From assembly GCA_052389315.1 (NCBI GenBank), contig JBQTIE010000051.1, forward strand, positions 2,793 to 66,792: DNA of 64,000 nucleotides, given 5' to 3'. The position numbers were made by a program, and so were the translations under genes. How positions within the stretch are numbered: the stretch's first letter is position 1; every line of letters begins with the position of its first letter. Positions 41,135 through 50,660 of this stretch are shown piece after piece. The notes below the pieces were generated by a model, which saw only the letters and a program-made list of their open reading frames with translations, did not search any database and was not told the DNA's origin. This DNA is from Acidobacteriota bacterium (GTDB taxonomy: Bacteria > Acidobacteriota > Vicinamibacteria > Vicinamibacterales > UBA2999).

Positions 41135-41374
41135 TTATTTCTTCTTCGCGTGCCCCTCGATGTACTCGATGGCCTCCTTGACGCGTGTGATCTTCTCGGC
41201 GTCCTCGTCCGGAATCTCGATTCCGAACTCCTCCTCAAACGCCATCACCAGCTCGACGGTATCGAGCGAGTCCGCCCCGAGATCGTCGACAAACGAGGCG
41301 TCTGGCGTCACTTCCTCCTCGTCGACGCCGAGCTGTTCCACGATGATGCTCTTGACCTTGTCCGCAACGGCCAC
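41135..41374 (-). CDS. acpP: acyl carrier protein
   Basis: 79 aa. [56 protein letters not shown] carries the DSLD phosphopantetheine site. GTG start preceded by GGAGGGGAGA. Confidence 0.95.
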   Translation of the reverse strand: MAVADKVKSIIVEQLGVDEEEVTPDASFVDDLGADSLDTVELVMAFEEEFGIEIPDEDAEKITRVKEAIEYIEGHAKKK

Positions 41375-41475
41375 TGTCTCCCCTCCACCGGGGGCGCACC
41401 CCCGCGTTACGCATCTGCTGTCACCTACGCGGATGAAGCCGCCGCTTCCACCCGTGTCGCGCGGTTCGCGCACCC

Positions 41476-42228
41476 CTACATGTACATGCCGCCGTTGACG
41501 CCCAGCACCTGTCCTGTAATATACGACGCCTCGTCTGATGCGAGGAAACACACGGCCGCCGCGACGTCGGCCGGCGTGCCCAGCCGTGCGAGCGGAATCT
41601 GCGCCGCCCAATCATGGTGGGCACCGTCCTTCAGGGCTCTGGTCATGTCCGTGTCGATCAACCCTGGCGCGACGACGTTGACCGTCACACTGCGCGAGGC
41701 CACCTCGCGCGCCAAGGACTTGCAGAAGCCGATCAGACCGGCTTTGGACGCGGCGTAATTGGCCTGTCCGGCGTTCCCCGTCTGGCCGACGACCGAACTG
41801 ACGGCGACGATCCGGCCCGAGCGCTGGCGAATCATCGGCTTCAGCACGGCCTGACACAGGACGAACGCGGCGGTCAAGTTGGTCGCGAGCACCTCGTCCC
41901 AGTCTGACCGCTTCATTCTTAGCATCAGCTGGTCCTTTGTAATCCCGGCGTTGCTCACCAGCACATCGATCCGGCCGTGGCGCTCCAGCGTGCCCCGCAC
42001 GAGGTCCTCGAGCGAAGCCGGATCGGTCATGTCCGCGGCCGCCGCCTCAGCCTTGAGTCCGGCCGCCGCCAGCTCGTCTGCAACTGCGCGGGCATGATCG
42101 CCGCGCGCCACCGCGACGACTGTTGCGCCTCGACGCGCCAGCTCGCCCGCAACGGCGCGGCCAATGCCCCTCGACGCCCCCGTCACAATGGCGACCTTGC
42201 CGCCGAAGGCGAGCATACCCGCGCTCAT
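41476..42228 (-). CDS. fabG: 3-oxoacyl-ACP reductase
   Basis: [22 protein letters not shown], and the YAASKAG catalytic Tyr/Lys. The start overlaps the fabD stop (ATGA). Confidence 0.92.
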   Translation of the reverse strand: MSAGMLAFGGKVAIVTGASRGIGRAVAGELARRGATVVAVARGDHARAVADELAAAGLKAEAAAADMTDPASLEDLVRGTLERHGRIDVLVSNAGITKDQLMLRMKRSDWDEVLATNLTAAFVLCQAVLKPMIRQRSGRIVAVSSVVGQTGNAGQANYAASKAGLIGFCKSLAREVASRSVTVNVVAPGLIDTDMTRALKDGAHHDWAAQIPLARLGTPADVAAAVCFLASDEASYITGQVLGVNGGMYM

Positions 42229-43175
42229 GTCGCCTCGACGCCGGAATGGACGGCGAAGGCTGACGCGACGGCCTCCAACGGCTCGGGCTGGTCGGTGGCC
42301 GTACAGCCGGCCCCTGGCGCGATCTTTCGAACGAGTCCCGACAGGACACTTCCGGGCCCGACCTCGACGAACGCCGTGACGCCGTCGGCCACGAGACGGC
42401 GCACGACATCCTCCCAGCGGACCGGCGCGGACACTTGTCGAATCAGGGCCTCGACCGCGGCCTCGCCATCGAGCTTGGGCTCCGCATCGACGTTGGCCAC
42501 GACCGGCACGCGCGGGTCGCTGACGGCCAGGGCCCTCAGATCCCGGGCCAACCGCTCCTCGGCGGGCTTCATGAGGGCACAGTGGAACGGTGCGCTCACC
42601 TGCAGCCGTACCGCTCGCTTGGCGCCAAGCGCTTTGGCCCGTGTGATGGCGCGGTCCACCGCCGCCGCCGCGCCGGCGATGACGACCTGTCCGGGCGCGT
42701 TGAGGTTCGCCGCACTGACGACTTCGCCCTCCGCCACCTCGGCGCAGGCGCGGCCCACCGTGTCGCCGTCGAGGCCAAGAATCGCCGCCATCGACCCGAC
42801 CCCGACAGGCACCGCCTCTTGCATGTAGCGCCCACGTTGTCGCACGGTCCTGACCGCGTCGGCAAAGCCGATCGTCCCGGCCACGACGTGGGCCGAGTAT
42901 TCGCCCAGGCTATGGCCCGCAACCATCGACGGTTCGAAACCTCGCGAGGCCAGCAGTCGCGCCAGGGCGACAGACATCGTGAGAATCGCCGGCTGCGCGA
43001 ACTCGGTGAGCGTCAGCGTTTCGGCAGGCCCGTGGAAGATCACGTCGCTCAGTGACGCCTTCAACGCCTCGTCGGCCTCCTCGAACACCTGCCGGCATTC
43101 GGGGTGGCGCTCAGCCAGGGCGCGGCCCATGCCCACGGCCTGGGATCCTTGTCCGGGGAAAAGAAACGCAATCAT
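42225..43175 (-). CDS. fabD: malonyl-CoA:ACP transacylase
   Basis: MIAFLFPGQGSQAVGMG and active site AGHSLGEYSA. The ATG at 43175 overlaps the plsX stop (ATGA). Confidence 0.92.
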   Translation of the reverse strand: MIAFLFPGQGSQAVGMGRALAERHPECRQVFEEADEALKASLSDVIFHGPAETLTLTEFAQPAILTMSVALARLLASRGFEPSMVAGHSLGEYSAHVVAGTIGFADAVRTVRQRGRYMQEAVPVGVGSMAAILGLDGDTVGRACAEVAEGEVVSAANLNAPGQVVIAGAAAAVDRAITRAKALGAKRAVRLQVSAPFHCALMKPAEERLARDLRALAVSDPRVPVVANVDAEPKLDGEAAVEALIRQVSAPVRWEDVVRRLVADGVTAFVEVGPGSVLSGLVRKIAPGAGCTATDQPEPLEAVASAFAVHSGVEAT

Positions 43176-44179
43176 CGGCCGGCCACCGCCATCGACGAGA
43201 CCTCCTGCTCCACCCGGGCCGTCAGGCCGCTGTCCGCCATCCTGGCGGCCATCGCGACCGCATTGCGGACGGCCTTGGTCGACGACCGTCCATGTCCCAC
43301 GATACACAAACCGGCCACCCCGAGCAGCGGTGCCCCGCCAAACTCCGTGTAGTCGACGCGCTTGCGAAACCGCCGGAACGCCCGCCGCGACAACAGAAAC
43401 CCGACCTGGCTCGAAAACGTGCTGCGAAGCTCTTCGCCGAGCAGGTCCTCCACCATCTCCACGAGGCCCTCGCTGAGCTTCAAGGCGACGTTGCCCGTGA
43501 AGCCATCGCACACGATCACGTCAGCGTGACCGGCGAACACGTCGCGTGCCTCGACGTTGCCGACAAACCTGAGCGGCGAAGCCTTGAGCAGCCGATGGGC
43601 TTCTCGCGTGAGGTCGGTCCCCTTGGTCTCCTCTTCGCCGATTGAGAGCAGCCCGACGCGCGGCTCGGACACCCCCAGCCAAGCCCGTGCGTACACGGCG
43701 CCCATGATCCCGAACTGGCGCAGGTGGGCGGGCTTGCACAGGACGGTTGCTCCCGCGTCGATGAGAACAGCCGACCCGCCGCGAGTGGGAACCGTTGGCG
43801 CCAACGCCGGGCGGTCAACGCTCTTGAGCATCCCGAACGCGGCATGGGCGGCGACCACCGTGGCCCCAGTGTGCCCGGCGCTGACCAGCGCGGCGGCCTT
43901 CCCGCCAGCGACGAGCTCGGCCGCCACGCGAATCGAGGCGCCCGGCTTGCGCCGCAACGCCTGCGCCGGCGCTTCCGAGTTGTGGATGACGTCGGGTGCT
44001 TCGACGATCCGCACATCCAGCGCGGCGTCCTCGGGATGTCGGGCCAGCGCCGCACGAACCGCACCCGGAGAGCCGACCAGATCGATGCCAAGGTCGAAAT
44101 GGCGTGCCGCCGCCAGAGCGCCATCCACGATCCGTTCCGGGGCATGGTCGCCCCCCATCGCGTCAACGGCGATGCGCAT
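43172..44179 (-). CDS. plsX: phosphate acyltransferase PlsX
   Basis: MRIAVDAMGGDHAPERIVDGA...SAGHTGA...GLLSIGEEETKG. Start at ATG 44179. Confidence 0.92.
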   Translation of the reverse strand: MRIAVDAMGGDHAPERIVDGALAAARHFDLGIDLVGSPGAVRAALARHPEDAALDVRIVEAPDVIHNSEAPAQALRRKPGASIRVAAELVAGGKAAALVSAGHTGATVVAAHAAFGMLKSVDRPALAPTVPTRGGSAVLIDAGATVLCKPAHLRQFGIMGAVYARAWLGVSEPRVGLLSIGEEETKGTDLTREAHRLLKASPLRFVGNVEARDVFAGHADVIVCDGFTGNVALKLSEGLVEMVEDLLGEELRSTFSSQVGFLLSRRAFRRFRKRVDYTEFGGAPLLGVAGLCIVGHGRSSTKAVRNAVAMAARMADSGLTARVEQEVSSMAVAGR

Positions 44180-44225
44180 GGCGGTCAGGGTGAAGGTCCT
44201 TCTCCGGAAGCGCGGAGCAGCCTGC

Positions 44226-44408
44226 TCAGTCTTCGTCGACGGCTCGAACCTGTCGCTGCTTGTAGTGCCCGCAGTACTTGCAGACGGTGTGCGGAGCCTT
44301 GGGTTCTCCGCACTGCGGACAGCTGCCCGAGGCCGCCACCGCCAGGGCGTCGTGCGTCCGTCGTTTGCGGCCTCTGGTCTTCGAGTGACGTCGTTTTGGG
44401 TTAGGCAT
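44226..44408 (-). CDS. rpmF: 50S ribosomal protein L32
   Basis: MPNPKRRHSKTRGRKRRTHDAL with a CxxC...CxxC zinc ribbon. 60 aa. Confidence 0.93.
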   Translation of the reverse strand: MPNPKRRHSKTRGRKRRTHDALAVAASGSCPQCGEPKAPHTVCKYCGHYKQRQVRAVDED

Positions 44409-44931
44409 GGTCTTTGTCTCGATTCATCAACGCTTTGAGGCCCGCAAGCCGCGGATCCTCCCATTGCTCTTCACACTGACACATCTCGACGTTCCGGTTG
44501 ACCCCGCATCGAGCGCACAGACCCTTGCACCCCTCCTGACACAAGGGCTTCATTGGCAAGGCGAGATAGAACTGTTCGTCCATCAACTGCCCGAGGTCGA
44601 TCGTTTCGTCTCGATAGAACGCGTCGGTCAAATCGTCTTCTTCGACCTCGCGTTCGTCGCCCGTGTTGAGCGCGTGCGGCAGATACCTCACATCGACCGC
44701 CACATCGATCGGCAGCCGATACGGCTCCAGACACCGGCTGCACGGCACCTCCAGCACGGTGCTCATCCGCCCCACGAGCCGGAACCGGTCCTTGTCCTTG
44801 TGGACGCCCAGACCGAGCGCCACCGACTCGACCACCTGGAACTCGGTGGTGCGACCCGCAAACAGGGCGGCGTCGTACGTCCGATCGACGCGCGTCTCTG
44901 GCTGACGGATCTGCGACAGGTCGAGGAACAT
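44401..44931 (-). CDS. yceD: YceD/DUF177 family protein
   Basis: 176 aa. VPCSRCLEPY ... CQEGCKGLCARCGVN cysteine pairs. Conserved position directly upstream of rpmF, with an 8-nt overlap. Confidence 0.82.
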   Translation of the reverse strand: MFLDLSQIRQPETRVDRTYDAALFAGRTTEFQVVESVALGLGVHKDKDRFRLVGRMSTVLEVPCSRCLEPYRLPIDVAVDVRYLPHALNTGDEREVEEDDLTDAFYRDETIDLGQLMDEQFYLALPMKPLCQEGCKGLCARCGVNRNVEMCQCEEQWEDPRLAGLKALMNRDKDHA

Positions 44932-44989
44932 CAGGCAGCGTCTTTGGTCGCTTCCCTGGACGCGTCGTACAGGGAACTACGAACCTCCC

Positions 44990-44995
44990 ATTATA
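44990..44995 (-). promoter_or_regulatory. perfect TATAAT hexamer upstream of yceD-rpmF-plsX
   Basis: The reverse strand reads aacggTATAATggg 58 nt upstream of the yceD ATG, in a 172-bp intergenic gap. No good -35 was seen. Confidence 0.4.
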
Positions 44996-45103
44996 CCGTT
45001 GCCCGGGAACGGCTCGCGAGGCTCCGGTTTCCGGTTGGCCTGTCAGGACACCCAGGGGGGCCTGACGGCGCGCCCGCGTCGATGCCTGCTGCCCTACCTT
45101 GGC

Positions 45104-46144
45104 TCAATGAAGCTCTACCCAAGGCTTGGGAATGAACAGCTTCTCGTACAGGGCGACGGCATAGCGGTCCGTCATGCCGGCCAGGAAGTCTCTGGCCGCC
45201 ACATCCAGCCCCTCTGCATCGACCGTCCGCGGGTCCAGAAACTCCAGTGGCCGCTCTCGCACCTTGCACCAGAGGCCTCCCAGAATGCCTTCCGCTTTTC
45301 GGAACTCGGCTGTGGCCGCGTCATTCTCGTACACGGATTCGAACAGGAAGCTTCTCAGCGCCAGGGTCGCCTCCAGGATCTCGCTGCTCATCCTCACCTC
45401 GGCGAGCCCGCCCGTCAGCGTCTCGTGCACGACGTCGCTCACCATCTTGCCGATTCGCCCGGACACCGAACGGCCGAGCACCGAGGCGAGCGTGGCGGGG
45501 AGCTGATCTGCCTCGAGCAGCCCAGCCCTCACCGCATCGTCGAAGTCGTGGTTGACGTAGGCGATGATGTCGGCGACGCGGGCCACCTGCCCCTCCAGCG
45601 TCGTTGCGCGGTGTTCGGGCGGTGCGCCGACAGGCATGCCGCTCTTCCCTTTCGAATGGCGCGCGATCCCGTCACGCACCTCGAAGGTGAGGTTGAGGCC
45701 CTGCCGGCCGTTCTCGAGCACGTCAACGATCCGCAGGCTCTGCTCATAGTGATTGAAGCCCGAGGGGGCCAGGGCGCTCAGCACGCGCTCCCCGGCGTGA
45801 CCGAAGGGCGTGTGGCCAAGGTCGTGGCCCAGCGCGACGGCCTCGGTCAGTTCCTCGTGCAGGCGCAGGACTTTGGCGATCGTCCTCGCGATCTGCGCCA
45901 CCTCGAGGGTGTGGGTCAGCCTGGTGCGATAGTGGTCGCCGGCCGGAGAGAAAAACACCTGCGTCTTGTGCTTGAGGCGGCGAAACGCCTTGGTGTGGAT
46001 GATGCGGTCCCGATCCCGCTGAAAGGCCGGTCGAATCGGGTCCTCGGGTTCCGCGCGAAGACGCCCCTTCGTGTCAGCGCTCTTGGCTGCTTGAGGCGCG
46101 AGGATCTCGCGCTCCCGCCGCTCGAGCTCATCGCGGATCGTCAT
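45104..46144 (-). CDS. dgt: dGTPase-family HD-domain triphosphohydrolase
   Basis: FQRDRDRIIHTKAFRRLKHKTQVF...HYRTRLTHTLEVAQIAR...ALGHDLGHTPFGHAGE. Confidence 0.87.
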   Translation of the reverse strand: MTIRDELERREREILAPQAAKSADTKGRLRAEPEDPIRPAFQRDRDRIIHTKAFRRLKHKTQVFFSPAGDHYRTRLTHTLEVAQIARTIAKVLRLHEELTEAVALGHDLGHTPFGHAGERVLSALAPSGFNHYEQSLRIVDVLENGRQGLNLTFEVRDGIARHSKGKSGMPVGAPPEHRATTLEGQVARVADIIAYVNHDFDDAVRAGLLEADQLPATLASVLGRSVSGRIGKMVSDVVHETLTGGLAEVRMSSEILEATLALRSFLFESVYENDAATAEFRKAEGILGGLWCKVRERPLEFLDPRTVDAEGLDVAARDFLAGMTDRYAVALYEKLFIPKPWVELH

Positions 46145-46171
46145 CGGAGAGCGAATTATGTCAGAAACGCG

Positions 46172-47338
46172 TCAGCTGATCAGATCCAGGAAGCTGGTGC
46201 CGGACCCGAGCGCGCCGACTCCAAAGTACGCGGCGAGCGTCTGGGCCAGGTCGGCGAAGGTCTCGCGAGTGCCCAGGTCTACGCGGGCGCTGACAGCCGG
46301 CCCGGTGACCAGCAGGGGCACGTACTCCCTGGAATGGTCGGTGCTGGGTGTGGTGGGATCGTTCCCGTGATCCGCGGTCACGACGAGCATGTCGTCGCGC
46401 CCCAGCAGCGGTATGAGCGACGCCAGACGCACGTCGAAACGCTCGAGGTTGGCGGCGTAACCGGCGATGTCGTTGCGGTGGCCGTACGCGGTATCGAAAT
46501 CAACGAGGTTGGCAAACACCAATCCGGCTGGTTGAAGCTCCAAGCACCGCTCGACTTGCGCCATGCCTTCCTCGTCGCTCGTGGTGGAATGGGCCTCGCT
46601 GATGCCGCGACCGGCAAACAGATCGTTGATCTTGCCGATGGCTGACACGGGGACCGACGAAGCCGTGAGCCGATCGAGGAGGGTTTCGCCCCGCGGCGGC
46701 ATCGCGTAGTCGTGCCGATTCGCCGTGCGGCGGAACGCCCCTGCGTCGCCGACGAACGGGCGCGCGATGACGCGGCCTATTCCGCAACCCTTGACGGCCA
46801 GATCAAAGGCCACCTCACACCAGTCGTACAGTCGTGCCAGGGGCACGACGGCCTCGTGCGCCGCGATCTGAAAGACGCTGTCCGCGGACGTGTACACGAT
46901 GGGCGCCCCCGTCTTGAGGTGGGCGGGGCCAAAGCGGTCGATGACGGCGGTCCCTGAGGCGACGACGTTGCCGAGGGTCGGCCTGCCGATCCGCGCTTCG
47001 AAGGCCTGCATGAGCTCGCGTGGAAACCCCTCCGGAAACGTCGGAAAGGCGTGCTCGGTCACCAATCCCATGAGCTCCCAGTGCCCCGTCACCGAGTCCT
47101 TGCCGGCGGATCGCTCCGCCATTCGGCCAAACGAGGCGAGCGGGGAGGCAGGAGCGGGCACGCCGGCCAGCGCGACGATGCGACCGATCCCCAGCGCCGC
47201 CAGGGTGGGCACTCGCAGCGGCACCGCGTGCGCGACGTGCCCCAGCGTGTTGCTGCCCTCGTCGCCATACGCCGAAGCATCGGGCAACTCGCCGACGCCG
47301 ACGCTGTCGAGGACGATGACAATGGCGCGCTTAGCCAT
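46172..47338 (-). CDS. deoB: phosphopentomutase
   Basis: MAKRAIVIVLDSVGVGELPDA..YGDEGSNTLGH ... VTADHGNDPT. Confidence 0.92.
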   Translation of the reverse strand: MAKRAIVIVLDSVGVGELPDASAYGDEGSNTLGHVAHAVPLRVPTLAALGIGRIVALAGVPAPASPLASFGRMAERSAGKDSVTGHWELMGLVTEHAFPTFPEGFPRELMQAFEARIGRPTLGNVVASGTAVIDRFGPAHLKTGAPIVYTSADSVFQIAAHEAVVPLARLYDWCEVAFDLAVKGCGIGRVIARPFVGDAGAFRRTANRHDYAMPPRGETLLDRLTASSVPVSAIGKINDLFAGRGISEAHSTTSDEEGMAQVERCLELQPAGLVFANLVDFDTAYGHRNDIAGYAANLERFDVRLASLIPLLGRDDMLVVTADHGNDPTTPSTDHSREYVPLLVTGPAVSARVDLGTRETFADLAQTLAAYFGVGALGSGTSFLDLIS

Positions 47339-47439
47339 TCGCGCGACTCCAGTCCATCAGCCGTGGCCGGCTGTGTCCGTGCCACGTCGCGGTGGCGGCG
47401 GCCGTCCGGCCCTGCCGACGTGATGCTTCGTCGACGGCC

Positions 47440-47483
47440 CTGCACGCGCCGGCTGGGGCGGTGGTGACCGCCCTCGGGTGCAG
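47440..47483 (-). terminator. GC-rich imperfect hairpin downstream of hfq (possible terminator or processing site)
   Basis: CTGCAC..CCG..GGGCGGT-ggtg-ACCGCCC.CGG.GTGCAG gives about 16 paired positions, starting 26 nt after the hfq stop codon. There is no U-tract. Confidence 0.3.
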
Positions 47484-47508
47484 GCGCGACTTGGCGAAGG
47501 GTGCCCAG

Positions 47509-47757
47509 TTACGGATGATGAGAGGAGAAATAGTTCGGGACGCTGCGCGGCGCGCGAATGGTTGCGATGGCGTGTTTGAAGATCAGGTGGTCGAGGCCGG
47601 CATGCTCGACAATCAAGGCGAAGCGATCGAAATTCTTGATCCGCGCTTCAAACTCCCGACCATCGAGCAGATGAAGGACGACGGGGAGCTTCTCGCGACG
47701 CGCGTAGTTGAGGAAGACGTCCTGGATGTTCGGCGCGCCTGTTTTCGTATCAGCCAT
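47509..47757 (-). CDS. hfq: RNA chaperone Hfq
   Basis: IQDVFLNYARREKLPVVLHLLDGREFEARIKNFDRFALIVEHAGLDHLIFKHAIATI contains the Sm1/Sm2 motifs. ATG 47757 overlaps the miaA end by 8 nt. Confidence 0.9.
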   Translation of the reverse strand: MADTKTGAPNIQDVFLNYARREKLPVVLHLLDGREFEARIKNFDRFALIVEHAGLDHLIFKHAIATIRAPRSVPNYFSSHHP

Positions 47758-48715
47758 TGGGGGTCGATCTCCCGTCACTTACCAGGCCCCGATCGGCCAG
47801 CCAGGCGAAAATCCTCGCCTGCACCTCCTGCGATTCGCCGGGGCCATCGAACCACATTAGGTTAGGCTCTTTACGAAACCAGATCAACTGTCGCCGTGCA
47901 TAACGGCGATTCTCACGGACGATCAGGTCGCGGCTGGCGGCCAGGTCACGCACGCCCCTGAGGTGCTCCAGCACCTGTCGGTACACCAGGCCACTCAAGG
48001 CCTGGGCCGTCTCCGGGACACCCCGCGCCATCAGCCGCTGCACTTCTTCGACCACGCCGGACGCCAGTTGGGCGTCCACCCGGGCGGCCAGCCGGACCGA
48101 CAGGACATCGGCCGGCAGACGCAGGGCCACCGCGTGCACGCGCATCGAGGGGTCGAGGAGTGACGCGGTCTGCGCGAAGTGCTGCGTGAGTGGACGGCCC
48201 GTCTGAAAATACACCTCCAGCGCGCGCACCAGCCGCTTCCGGTCGCGGCGCATGATGCGCGCGGCCGATGGCGCATCGACGCGCTTCACCATACGCCACA
48301 GGAACTCGTCTCCACGCCGCCCGGCGATCTCCTCCAGCCGTCGGCGCAGTGCCGGGTGCTTGCCCGGACCCGGGAAGAGCCCCCGAGTCAAGGCGCGGAA
48401 GTAGAAACCCGTACCCCCGACGAGAATTGGCAGCCGACCGCGCGAGCGCACGTCGGCGGCGGCGGAGGCGGCATCGCGAGCGAAATCGGCAGCCGTGTAT
48501 TGGGCCGTCGGTTCCACGATGTCGATCAGATGGTGAGCAATCCCGCGCCTGGCGTCTGCCGGCAGCTTGTCGGTGCCGATGTCGAGTCCGCGATAGACGG
48601 CCGTCGAATCGCAGTTGAGGATCTCGCCGCCCAGACGCTCCGCAAGCGCCAGGCCGACGGCGCTCTTCCCCGTCGCCGTGGGACCGAGGACGGCTACCAG
48701 ATCGCTGGTCCGCAC
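47750..48715 (-). CDS. miaA: tRNA dimethylallyltransferase
   Basis: P-loop VLGPTATGKSAVGLALA, NCDSTAVYRGLDIGTDK, and GGTGFYFRAL. miaA-hfq gene order. Confidence 0.92.
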   Translation of the reverse strand: MRTSDLVAVLGPTATGKSAVGLALAERLGGEILNCDSTAVYRGLDIGTDKLPADARRGIAHHLIDIVEPTAQYTAADFARDAASAAADVRSRGRLPILVGGTGFYFRALTRGLFPGPGKHPALRRRLEEIAGRRGDEFLWRMVKRVDAPSAARIMRRDRKRLVRALEVYFQTGRPLTQHFAQTASLLDPSMRVHAVALRLPADVLSVRLAARVDAQLASGVVEEVQRLMARGVPETAQALSGLVYRQVLEHLRGVRDLAASRDLIVRENRRYARRQLIWFRKEPNLMWFDGPGESQEVQARIFAWLADRGLVSDGRSTPNG

Positions 48716-48901
48716 GACCGTGCAACTCCTCCGCGGCCACGGGAGGCGTCACCGAGCCCAGACGCTGCGCGCGGACGCTCCGGGGCCGCCCGGAGCGGGG
48801 GCGACGCCTTCAGCCCGCAATCCGCCACAAGGCGTACACGACGAGCAACGAAGCTGCAGCCACCAGGCCCAGTTGCTGGGAGCGTGTGGGCATGAGCATG
48901 C

Positions 48902-49828
48902 TCACGGCGATTCGTTGTAATAGAACGTGACCGTGAAGAACGCCCTGTCGGCCGGGTATTCCGGCGGCAGCGGCTCGGTGGGGTTCGAGGCGATCATGGC
49001 GTTCATGGCTGCGATGTTGAACGACTCGATGGGAGACGGCTGAACGACCTGGACATCGGTCAGTGCGCCGTTCTTGTGGACGTTGAAGGTGAGAACCACG
49101 CGACCCCGCAGCGACATCGCCGCATACGGGATGAACCAGTTGCGCCGGACCTGGGCGATGAATCGCCTGATCCACGGCCCGAATTCCACCCCCTTGGTGT
49201 CGAACTGCAGAGGCCCAAGGTTCTGGACTTGCCCCTGGTCGTTGTGGAAGGTCTCCTGATCGACGTACTTCTGGAGATTGCGCAAGGCTTCGCCGAGCGA
49301 GCCGCCCGGCGGCGGTGTGGGCCGCAGATCGGGCGCAGAGGTCTCGGCACGCCGCTGCGACACCGGGGGCGGGACACGCTCGACGATCTCAGGAGCCGGC
49401 GGCTCGAGCGACGGCATCGCCGCCGGTCCGCGACCAGCCGCCCGCTCTTCGGGCGCGGCTTCAACGCGCTCGGCGGAATTCCCTCGTGAAAAGGGCATCG
49501 GGTTGGTTGCCTCAGGCGGGCGCACCAGGCTTCGCGCGGTGCGATCCTTGTCCGACGCATCGGCCTGCTCAGGCGCTCGCAGCGCTTGCATGTCCAGCTG
49601 CGGCTGTACAAAGACAAAGCGCGGCGGGTCTGGTCGTGGCGGCGCTGGCTCCTCGGCCTCGACGCGCGGATCCGGCAACAGGGTAAACAGTGACAGGGCC
49701 GGTACGAACAGGGCGACCACAAAGACGAGGCCATGGACGGCGAGCGACACCAGCACGAAATCCCATCGGCGGAGCGACCCACCCACGGGCTGGTAGTCCT
49801 CGAAACGGTCCTCGAAATCGAAGTACAT
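48902..49828 (-). CDS. TonB-family energy transducer
   Basis: N-terminal TM helix (WDFVLVSLAVHGLVFVVALFVP), a Pro-rich spacer, and a C-terminal TonB-like domain (RGRVVLTFNVHKNGALTDVQVVQPSPIESFNIAAMNAM). Confidence 0.72.
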   Translation of the reverse strand: MYFDFEDRFEDYQPVGGSLRRWDFVLVSLAVHGLVFVVALFVPALSLFTLLPDPRVEAEEPAPPRPDPPRFVFVQPQLDMQALRAPEQADASDKDRTARSLVRPPEATNPMPFSRGNSAERVEAAPEERAAGRGPAAMPSLEPPAPEIVERVPPPVSQRRAETSAPDLRPTPPPGGSLGEALRNLQKYVDQETFHNDQGQVQNLGPLQFDTKGVEFGPWIRRFIAQVRRNWFIPYAAMSLRGRVVLTFNVHKNGALTDVQVVQPSPIESFNIAAMNAMIASNPTEPLPPEYPADRAFFTVTFYYNESP

Positions 49829-49889
49829 CAGCTACTTGCCAGTATAGGGCGAACCGGAGCCCTCTCGACAGCCCCCGCCGGCCTCCAGG

Positions 49890-50660
49890 CTACTCGCCGG
49901 GCTCGGCGACATACAGATAGACGACGCCAAAGCTCAATGGCCGGGTGGTGACCGCACCAAAGCCGGCGGTTCGGAGCAGCTCGGCGAACTCTTCGCCCCA
50001 GGGAAACGCGCCCACCGAGGCTGGGAGGTACGAGTAGGCGGCGTCATGGCGCGACACGAGCCGGCCAATTCTCGGGAGCACGTGTCTGAAGTACCAGAGA
50101 TAGAGCCCCCGGACGCCGGTCCAGACTGGCAGGCCGAACTCGAGGATGACCAACCGGCCACCGGGCCTGAGCACCCGCCGCATCTCCGCGCAGGCCGCCA
50201 TCGGATCGGCGACATTGCGGATGCCGAAGGCGACGCTCACGCGATCGACGACGGCAGCCCGCAGCGGCAGCGCCGTGGCGTCGGCGCGAACGAAACGCAC
50301 GCGTGCCGGCCCGCGGACGGCACCAGCTTTGTCGCGGGCACGCACCAGCATCTCAGCCGCGAAATCCACGCCGACCACGTCTTTCGCGCCACGGCTTCCC
50401 CGAACGGCGGCCAGGGCCACGTCGCCCGTCCCGGTGCAGACGTCGAGCAACGATTCGGCACCGGTCAGCGTCAGGGCGCGGATCGCACGACGCCGCCAGT
50501 ACCGGTCCAACCCGCCCGACAGGAGCCGATTGAGCAGGTCGTACCGAGGGGCGATGGCATCGAACATCGCCGCGATGCGGCGGGGCGTCTTGTCGAGGCT
50601 CGCCGCGGCACCTGCGCCGCCGGCCTTGGGCAGCGGCGGGGATGGATGGCCCGGGCTCAC
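49890..50660 (-). CDS. menG: demethylmenaquinone methyltransferase (UbiE/MenG family)
   Basis: MFDAIAPRYDLLNRLLSGGLDRYWRRR and SAM motif LLDVCTGTGDVA. The GTG start overlaps the upstream stop (GTGA). Confidence 0.85.
   Translation of the reverse strand: MSPGHPSPPLPKAGGAGAAASLDKTPRRIAAMFDAIAPRYDLLNRLLSGGLDRYWRRRAIRALTLTGAESLLDVCTGTGDVALAAVRGSRGAKDVVGVDFAAEMLVRARDKAGAVRGPARVRFVRADATALPLRAAVVDRVSVAFGIRNVADPMAACAEMRRVLRPGGRLVILEFGLPVWTGVRGLYLWYFRHVLPRIGRLVSRHDAAYSYLPASVGAFPWGEEFAELLRTAGFGAVTTRPLSFGVVYLYVAEPGE

Noticed and set aside
41375-41475. fabG-acpP intergenic GGGGG-cgca-CCCCC hairpin as a regulatory element
   Set aside because: It is a five-bp stem only, plausible as an mRNA processing or stability element by analogy with other bacteria. 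Nothing in the sequence distinguishes it from chance.
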